Assembly (NCBI GenBank): GCA_038207085.1
Contig: JBBRAE010000025.1
Coordinates: forward strand, 1 to 40,429
Direction: 5' to 3'
DNA: 40,429 bases
From: Armatimonadota bacterium
Lineage (GTDB): Bacteria > Armatimonadota > UBA5829 > DTLH01
Shown: piece after piece, positions 34,486 to 40,429 of the stretch
Numbering within the stretch: position 1 is the stretch's first letter
Layout: every line of letters starts with the position of its first letter
The notes under the pieces: model-generated
Told to the model about the DNA's origin: nothing
Databases searched by the model: none
The model's input: only the letters and a program-made list of their open reading frames with translations
Program-made: the position numbers and the translations under genes

Positions 34486-36255
34486 TTGATCAATCTGACC
34501 ATAGACGGCAAACAGGTTTCAGTATACGAAGGCACTACGATCATGAACGCGGCTGAGAAGACCGGGGTCAAGGTGCCGAGGCTCTGCTATCACCCGAGTC
34601 TGAGCATCGAGGGCGCGTGCCGCGTCTGCGTGGTTGAGGTGGAGGGGATGAGCGCGCTTGTCGCCTCGTGCGCGTACCCGGCAGCGGACGGGATGGTCGT
34701 TCGCACGATCACCCCCGAGATTCGAGAGATCAGGCGCGACATAGTCGAGCTTCTTCTCGATAATCACCCCAAGGACTGCCAGACCTGCGAGCGCGACGGC
34801 AACTGCGAGCTTCAGGACCTTGCCTACTCCACCGGCGTGCGCGAGCGATACTATGAAGGCGAACGCAAGCACTACGAGGACGATCTTTCTTCCCCGTCGG
34901 TCATCCGAGTCCCCGACAAGTGCATCATGTGCCACCGGTGCGTGCGCATCTGCGGGGAAGTGCAGGGGATTTCGGCGCTTGGGTACTCCCACAGAGGCTT
35001 CAAAACGGTCGTCATGCCCGCCTATAACCTCCCCTTTGCCGACAGCGTCTGCTCGACCTGCGGGCAGTGCATCAACGTCTGCCCGACCGCCGCTTTTCTC
35101 GAAAAAGAGGCCGTTTCAGACGTTATGAAGGCGCTCGCCGACCCGGACAAGCACGTCGTCGTTCAATTTGCGCCTTCGGTTCGCGCGTCGATTGGCGAGG
35201 GTTTCGGAGTTGAGCCCGGCGAGCCGCTTCAGGGCAAGACCGTTGCCGCGCTTCGCAAGATCGGCTTTGATGCGGTATTTGACACCGAGTTTGGCGCGGA
35301 CGTCACGATTATGGAAGAGGCGACCGAGTTCGTCGAGCGCGTGAAAGCTGGCGGCCCGTTCCCGCTTATCACGTCGTGCTCATCGGCCTGGGTCAAGTTC
35401 TGCGAGCACTTTTATCCTGAGATGATCCCGAACCTCTCAAGCGCGAAGTCGCCGATGAGTATGCTCGGCTCGCTTGTGAAGAGCTACTACGCCGAAAAGA
35501 CCGGTGTCGACCCGAAGAAGATATACAGCGTCGGTGCGATGTGCTGCACGGCCAAGAAGTTCGAGGCGGCGCGCCCGCAGTGCTGGATCGACGGGGAGAT
35601 GCGCCCGGTAGACTCGGTGATGACCACCCGCGAGCTTATCTGGCTCATCAAATGCAACGGAATCGACTTTTTGAACCTGGAAGACGAGGAGTTCGACAAC
35701 CCCATGGGGCTCTCGACCGGCGCGGGCTCGATCTTCGGCTCGACCGGGGGCCTCGCCGAATCGGTCATACGCACGGTTTCCTATATGCTAACGGGTGAGA
35801 CGCCGATGGAGATCGAGTTTGAGAAGCTTCACAGCGTCCACAGCGTCAAGCGCACGAGTCTTGTGATCGGTGACAGGGAGTATCACTTCGCAGTCGCTGA
35901 CGGGCTGAAGAACGCCCACGAGCTGCTTCAGGCCGTCAAACGTGGGGATGAGTATTACGACTTTATCGAGGTGATGGGGTGCCCCGGCGGGTGCATCGGC
36001 GGCGGTGGGCAGCCCTACGCCCGCACAACGGGCTCGATCCCGCTCGACCCCGAGCTTCTTACCAAGCGCGCAGAGGCGCTTCGAGTGGAGGACCGCGGCA
36101 AGACCATTCGCATGTCCTACGCCAACCCCTGGGTGCAGAGGCTCTACAAAGACTACCTCGGCGCGCCGCTTTCGGAGAAGTCGCACCACTTGCTTCATAC
36201 TACCTACGAAGAGCGCGCGCCGCGCGGGATATATCGAGAGGAGACACAGCCATGA
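34486..36255 (+). CDS. hydA: Group A [FeFe]-hydrogenase catalytic subunit (HydA/HndD-like)
   Basis: 2Fe-2S (LC...GACRVC...SC), His-ligated cluster HPKDCQTC...NC, and 2x4Fe-4S (CIMCHRC, CSTCGQCINVCP). H-cluster motifs TSCSSAW, MCCTAKKFE, EVMGCPGGCIGGGGQP, and C-terminal HHLLHTTY. Confidence 0.93.
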   Translation: MINLTIDGKQVSVYEGTTIMNAAEKTGVKVPRLCYHPSLSIEGACRVCVVEVEGMSALVASCAYPAADGMVVRTITPEIREIRRDIVELLLDNHPKDCQTCERDGNCELQDLAYSTGVRERYYEGERKHYEDDLSSPSVIRVPDKCIMCHRCVRICGEVQGISALGYSHRGFKTVVMPAYNLPFADSVCSTCGQCINVCPTAAFLEKEAVSDVMKALADPDKHVVVQFAPSVRASIGEGFGVEPGEPLQGKTVAALRKIGFDAVFDTEFGADVTIMEEATEFVERVKAGGPFPLITSCSSAWVKFCEHFYPEMIPNLSSAKSPMSMLGSLVKSYYAEKTGVDPKKIYSVGAMCCTAKKFEAARPQCWIDGEMRPVDSVMTTRELIWLIKCNGIDFLNLEDEEFDNPMGLSTGAGSIFGSTGGLAESVIRTVSYMLTGETPMEIEFEKLHSVHSVKRTSLVIGDREYHFAVADGLKNAHELLQAVKRGDEYYDFIEVMGCPGGCIGGGGQPYARTTGSIPLDPELLTKRAEALRVEDRGKTIRMSYANPWVQRLYKDYLGAPLSEKSHHLLHTTYEERAPRGIYREETQP

Positions 36256-36776
36256 TGAGTGAAGAGTGCAGAGTCCAAAGTGCAGAGGTTGAAGAGCTGT
36301 TCTCCGAGAGGATCGCGGAGCTTGATAAGTTCATCGAGGATAACCCGGACCCGGTAGACCCGCAGGGGAGCCTGATTTCGGTGCTTCACAGGGCGCAGGA
36401 CCTCTTCGGGTTCCTTCCCCGAGAGGTGATGGACCACGTCGCCGACCGGCTTCAGGTGCCTGCGGCCGATGTCTACGGCGTGGCGACGTTTTACTCGTAT
36501 TTCACGCTTGAGCCCCGTGGCAAGTATCCGGTATCGGTTTGCATGGGGACGGCGTGCTACGTGAAAGGCGCGTCTACGATTCTGGACACTATAGAAGAGC
36601 AGCTTCAAATCAAAACTGGGCAGACGACCGAAGACGGCCTCTTCAGCATGGTCGAGTGCCGCTGCATCGGCGCGTGCGGCCTCGCTCCCGTGATCACGAT
36701 CGGCAAAGACGTCTACGGCAGACTCACCGCAGACCAGATTCCGGAGATACTTGCCAAATACCGGCATGGGGGGTAA
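36252..36776 (+). CDS. NuoE-like 2Fe-2S hydrogenase subunit (HydC/HndA-like)
   Basis: LISVLHRAQ, VATFY, VCMGTACYVKG, RCIGACGLAP. ATGA overlap with the hydA stop. Confidence 0.92.
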   Translation: MMSEECRVQSAEVEELFSERIAELDKFIEDNPDPVDPQGSLISVLHRAQDLFGFLPREVMDHVADRLQVPAADVYGVATFYSYFTLEPRGKYPVSVCMGTACYVKGASTILDTIEEQLQIKTGQTTEDGLFSMVECRCIGACGLAPVITIGKDVYGRLTADQIPEILAKYRHGG

Positions 36777-36803
36777 CATTGTGGAAAGAGTATTTGAGGA
36801 GGT

Positions 36804-37036
36804 ATTGTAACAGCCAAGGATGTGCTCCGCGTACTTCTTCGCCTGGGGTTTGTGACGCGGGGCCAAACAGGTTCACACATGAGGCTGGTTCACCCGGACA
36901 GGCCGACCTCAAATGTCACCCTGAGTATACACGCTGGTCAGGATATTTCAGAAGCTAACCTCGCAAGCATACTGCGGCAGGCTGAGGTGAGGTGACTCGG
37001 GAAGAGTTCGACCAAGCTCGGAGGAGACGATTATGA
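36804..37036 (+). pseudogene. hicA: HicA toxin, disrupted (5-bp duplication, no clear start); missed by the ORF track
   Basis: VTAKDVLRVLLRLGF...QTGSHMRLVHP...IHAGQDI...LASILRQAEV. A tgagg duplication at 36983-36992 gives TGA at 36993. Removing it restores VTREEFDQARRRRL* ending in an ATGA overlap with hicB. Confidence 0.85.
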
Positions 37037-37257
37037 AGCGATTTACAGTTGTTGTTGAACAGGATGTTGAAGGCAAGTGGACTCTGACCGCCCCGGCATT
37101 GCCTGGCTACATTGCTTGCGGAGCGAGTGAGCAAGAGGTCGTAGACCTTGCCCTGGAGGGGATACCTTTTCACTTGGACTGTCTTCGTGAAGAGGGGCTT
37201 CCGGTTCCCGATTCCGAAGGTGATGCAAAGGTGTTGACGCTTGAGGTTGCTGCGTAG
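37033..37257 (+). CDS. hicB: HicB-family antitoxin (short form)
   Basis: FTVVVEQD...PALPGYIACGASEQE...EGIPFHLDCLREEGLPVP. ggagga RBS. Confidence 0.88.
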   Translation: MKRFTVVVEQDVEGKWTLTAPALPGYIACGASEQEVVDLALEGIPFHLDCLREEGLPVPDSEGDAKVLTLEVAA

Positions 37258-37264
37258 CAGGATA

Positions 37265-37293
37265 TTGACGCCGAAGCTGGTGGGCTCTATGAT
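37265..37293 (+). promoter_or_regulatory. Sigma70-type promoter
   Basis: TTGACG-17bp-TATGAT upstream of the aggagg RBS and ATG 37319. Confidence 0.6.
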
Positions 37294-37318
37294 GTAGTAT
37301 ATCATCAGGAGGACCAGC

Positions 37319-38389
37319 ATGAATAAGTTCTTTATCCGTCTACTCCCTCTGGCCATACTTGTTTCGGCGATTGCGGTCGGTTCAGCGTTTGGGGCTGCGA
37401 AAAAACCCGTCGCAAAGAAGCCCGTCGCCAAGTCAGCGGTCAAACCGGCTCCCAAGCCCGCGCCGCGCCCGGCCATCATCAGCAGCACACAGCTCAAGGG
37501 CGACCAGGCCAAGTTCGAGCAGGAATATTCGCTCGGCAAAGACTCACCGATCAACATTGTCGTTCACAGCGCGGAGTACTCCGTCGCAAGAGTCGTCACT
37601 TCCGGCGAGATGGATTTCCCCATGGCGAACGAGAAATACTTGATCGTCAAGATGACCCTTCGAAACCCCCAGCCGAGCGAGCTCTTTATCCGATACGACA
37701 GTCTGAAGATCACCGCGATCACCGCCGACAGCGTGAACTTCGATTGCCAGAACTGGGTGCTCACCGGCGGCAATTCTCTGTCAATGACGGTGAAACCGGC
37801 GCAGAAGATCGAGGCAGTCGCCTATATCAAGGTTCCGGCCAACGAGAATATCCCCAAGCTTATGTTCAAGTCGAGTGATGATCTAGTGCTGCGCTACGAC
37901 CTGCGCGACAAGATCAAGCCGCTAGTCGCGCCGTTTGCCGACTCCTCCGACCCCAAAGGCGCGACCGCGCTTGCGACCGTCCCCGGGCAGTTGGGCGCAT
38001 ACTGTGACCTCGGCGAGTGGGATTTCAAGCTCGACAGCGCTGCTTACACCACCGAGCCTCCCAAAGAAACTTCGCTGAATGATGAGAACAACCACTATCT
38101 CGTCATCAGCGGAAGCTTCAAGAATGGCGGCCCGGCTGAATACTACTTCAGGTACGATTCAGTCGCTCCGACAGTCACCACAGCCGACGGCGACGACATC
38201 GAGAGCCGTGGTATGATGGAGCTTGCCAGCCGGCATGAATGGGTGGCGCTCAATATGAAGAAAAACCAGGAGATCAAGGTTCGCATCTACTTCGAGATGA
38301 GCAAGGATGTAACTCCCAAGGTCTTCACCATGAAGATGCAGGACGGCACGAGAGCCTTCAGCTGGGACCTCTCGACTATGAGCCTGTAG
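37319..38389 (+). CDS. Secreted hypothetical protein with two tandem Ig-like (DUF4352-like) domains
   Basis: Signal peptide, K/P/A-rich linker, and an internal repeat YLIVKMTLRN..FIRYDS / YLVISGSFKN..YFRYDS. Confidence 0.65.
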   Translation: MNKFFIRLLPLAILVSAIAVGSAFGAAKKPVAKKPVAKSAVKPAPKPAPRPAIISSTQLKGDQAKFEQEYSLGKDSPINIVVHSAEYSVARVVTSGEMDFPMANEKYLIVKMTLRNPQPSELFIRYDSLKITAITADSVNFDCQNWVLTGGNSLSMTVKPAQKIEAVAYIKVPANENIPKLMFKSSDDLVLRYDLRDKIKPLVAPFADSSDPKGATALATVPGQLGAYCDLGEWDFKLDSAAYTTEPPKETSLNDENNHYLVISGSFKNGGPAEYYFRYDSVAPTVTTADGDDIESRGMMELASRHEWVALNMKKNQEIKVRIYFEMSKDVTPKVFTMKMQDGTRAFSWDLSTMSL

Positions 38390-38408
38390 AGACACCAACG
38401 CAGTTATC

Positions 38409-38445
38409 AAGAGCCTGTCGCACTCCCTGTTCGGCAGGCTCTTTT
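38409..38445 (+). terminator. Intrinsic terminator
   Basis: aagagcctgtcg...cggcaggctctt followed by T run, between convergent genes. Confidence 0.75.
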
Positions 38446-38446
38446 G

Positions 38447-39355
38447 TTATGTGGATTCGAGTACGTGAGTGAGCGACGCGCGAACGGTGGGGTAGTTGAA
38501 CCCAAATCCGCTGGCGACAAGCTTATCGGGGAGCACTCGCTGGCTTGCAAGCACGGTTTCCTCGCCCATCTCACCGAACGCTATCCTGATCGCAAACTCG
38601 GGCACCGTAAGCGCTGCGGGTTTGCCCAAAACACGCGCAAGTGTTCGGGTGAAGTCTTCGTTTGTGACAGGCTCGGGCGCGACGAAGTTGATGGGCCCCG
38701 CGAGGCTTTCGGTCAAGATAACGTGCTCTATCGCCCGGCACAGGTCGTCGATATCGATCCAGCTCATCCACTGTTTCCCGCTGCCTAGTTTGCCGCCGAC
38801 ACCGAGTTTGAAGGGGGTAAGCATCTTCTCAAGCGCCCCTCCCTCCGAGGCGAGCACGACCCCGAATCTGGCGTTTGCGACACGGACCCCGGCTTCGCGC
38901 GCGGGTTCGGTCGCCGATTCCCATGCCCCGCAGACCTCCGGTAGAAACCCAAAGCCTGGGGAGCTTGTCTCGCTTAGAACCTCGTTTCCGCGGCTGCCGT
39001 AATACCCGATCGCGGATGCGCTAACCATCACCTCAGGCGGACCATCAAGCTCGGCAATTGCCTGAGAAAGCAGACGCGTGCTCTTCTCACGGCTTTCGAT
39101 GATCCGGTGTTTCTTCTCAGGTGTCCAGCGCCCGAACAGGTTCTCTCCCGCGAGGTGGATGACCGCGTCGAAGCCGTTTAGTGCTTGTCGGTCAATTTCT
39201 CCCTTGTCAGGGTCCCAGCGGATGTCACCGGCAGCTTTCGGTGAGCGAGTCAGGCGAGCAACCGTGTGTCCGCGGTTTTCGAGATAGGATACGAGCCGCG
39301 AGCCGATCAGCCCTGTTGCGCCGCTTGCGAGAATCCTCACTGGTTTGTCCTCCAT
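38447..39355 (-). CDS. TIGR01777 family (YfcH-like) NAD-dependent epimerase/oxidoreductase
   Basis: SGATGLIG, HLAGE, SASAIGYYG, RFGVVL, GSGKQWMSWI, ASQRVLP. Confidence 0.93.
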   Translation of the reverse strand: MEDKPVRILASGATGLIGSRLVSYLENRGHTVARLTRSPKAAGDIRWDPDKGEIDRQALNGFDAVIHLAGENLFGRWTPEKKHRIIESREKSTRLLSQAIAELDGPPEVMVSASAIGYYGSRGNEVLSETSSPGFGFLPEVCGAWESATEPAREAGVRVANARFGVVLASEGGALEKMLTPFKLGVGGKLGSGKQWMSWIDIDDLCRAIEHVILTESLAGPINFVAPEPVTNEDFTRTLARVLGKPAALTVPEFAIRIAFGEMGEETVLASQRVLPDKLVASGFGFNYPTVRASLTHVLEST

Positions 39356-39591
39356 ATCCCAAAGCTCTCAGTTTGCCAAAATCGACTTTTATATGCGCAG
39401 TATACCCGCTTTATGGCTCAGTTGTTCACAGCGCTTGCGGTGGGGATGGTAGATAAGTTTTGTCAATTGTTGCCTTTCTCTTGTGCGTATTGGCGCGAAA
39501 CGGCGATTCCCGGCAGAATTACCAGCTTGACTATATGCCTGCCAGGTGATATTTTGAGTTGAACATCAATAATTTGATCAGGGGAAAGACT

Positions 39592-40429
39592 TTGACTTTT
39601 AGAAGTATATTTGGCCTCATAGTTCTGTTTGCCGCAGTGAACTGCTCTTTTGCTTTTATCTCCACCGGGGATGGCTCCTGGGTCTGGCAGAACCCGCAGT
39701 CTCAAGGGAACAACATCCGTGCAATGAGTTTTGTCGACTCTTCCAATGGTTGGTCCGTTGGTAGCGCCGGAACGGTTTTGAAGACTGTTGACGGCGGCTC
39801 GTCCTGGGTTCCGCTCTTTAGTGGGACTGTGACCGATTTGTACGCCGTGTCGTTTGTCGACCTCTCAGTCGGCTACGTCGGCGGTTCGGGTGGCATGATT
39901 CTGAAGACCCTCGACGGCGGCCGGACGTGGAATCTGACCACCACTGGAACCACCGAAACGATCAAGAGCATATTCTTCTTGAACGCCGACACGGGTTGGG
40001 CGGTTGGGACATCCGGCCTCGGCATAAAAACAGTCGACGGCGGACAGACCTGGCAGGGTATGACTATGACTATGGGGCAAACGGTCAATTTGAACTCCAT
40101 CATCTTCGTCAGCTCGACAGTAGGCTGGGCCGTAGGAAACAGCGGCAAGATCATCAAGACGACAAACGGAGGCTACACATGGAGCGTTCAGCCCGTTTCT
40201 GGTCTCACAACCAATCTGAACGCGGTATACTTCGCTGATAGTAGCAATGGATGGGCAGTCGGGGACTCCGGCAAGGTGGCGAAAACCACCAACGGCGGTG
40301 CCACCTGGGCTGTATCCGCCGTTTCATCGAGTCCGAACCTTTACGCCGTCACGTTTCTACCTAACAAGACCACGGGCTGGGTTGTCGGCGCAGGAGGAAA
40401 GACTTCCAAGACGACCACCGGCGGAGGGT
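39592..40429 (+). CDS. Secreted YCF48-like beta-propeller (Asp-box/BNR repeats), partial at window end; missed by the ORF track
   Basis: TTG after agggg, signal peptide, WVWQNP, and about 42-aa repeats of F..GWAVG..G.I.KT.DGG.TW. The frame is open to the window end. Confidence 0.88.
   Translation, partial: MTFRSIFGLIVLFAAVNCSFAFISTGDGSWVWQNPQSQGNNIRAMSFVDSSNGWSVGSAGTVLKTVDGGSSWVPLFSGTVTDLYAVSFVDLSVGYVGGSGGMILKTLDGGRTWNLTTTGTTETIKSIFFLNADTGWAVGTSGLGIKTVDGGQTWQGMTMTMGQTVNLNSIIFVSSTVGWAVGNSGKIIKTTNGGYTWSVQPVSGLTTNLNAVYFADSSNGWAVGDSGKVAKTTNGGATWAVSAVSSSPNLYAVTFLPNKTTGWVVGAGGKTSKTTTGGG

Noticed and set aside
35979..36251. 91-aa N-terminal extension on the NuoE-like ORF
   Set aside because: It overlaps hydA out of frame, and the ATGA-coupled start at 36252 is far more plausible.
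39592..40429. Photosystem II assembly factor implying phototrophy
   Set aside because: YCF48-like Asp-box propellers are widespread in non-phototrophs, and no photosynthesis genes are present.
1..40429. tRNA, rRNA, prophage, integrase or IS transposase genes
   Set aside because: None recognised by eye. A tRNAscan/Infernal run would be needed to exclude small RNAs fully.

Overview
High-GC bacterial chromosomal window from a probable anaerobe or facultative anaerobe. It may belong to the Armatimonadota, inferred only from the style of the Clp N-domain and the gene content. It opens with the 3' end of a group II intron (last codons of the intron ORF, domains V and VI). Next come a tightly coupled four-gene operon (B12-radical SAM, SAM methyltransferase, U32 Fe-S protein, B12-radical SAM) and a 1043-aa GTP-PEP carboxykinase fused to a PLP aminotransferase. 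The middle holds a GT-C-like membrane protein, two metallophosphoesterases, a deleted hyi-like remnant, tex, a PAS-PP2C phosphatase, an MFS transporter, a ferritin-like protein with an encapsulin targeting peptide but no adjacent encapsulin, a higBA-like locus with a frameshifted toxin, and a secreted glycoside hydrolase homologue lacking its catalytic glutamates. An argD-argF-argG cluster follows, in which ArgF carries an N-terminal ClpC-type repeat domain. The right side has an orphan dehydratase activase, PBP1A and PBP2, a group A [FeFe]-hydrogenase with atypical H-cluster motifs plus a NuoE-like subunit, hicAB with a broken toxin, a TIGR01777 oxidoreductase and a partial YCF48-like beta-propeller. 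Intergenic spacers contain several unrelated REP-like palindrome families. The best candidates for undescribed biology are the ClpN-OTC fusion, the PEPCK-aminotransferase fusion and the radical SAM/U32 operon. All family assignments come from motif recognition by eye; no searches were run.
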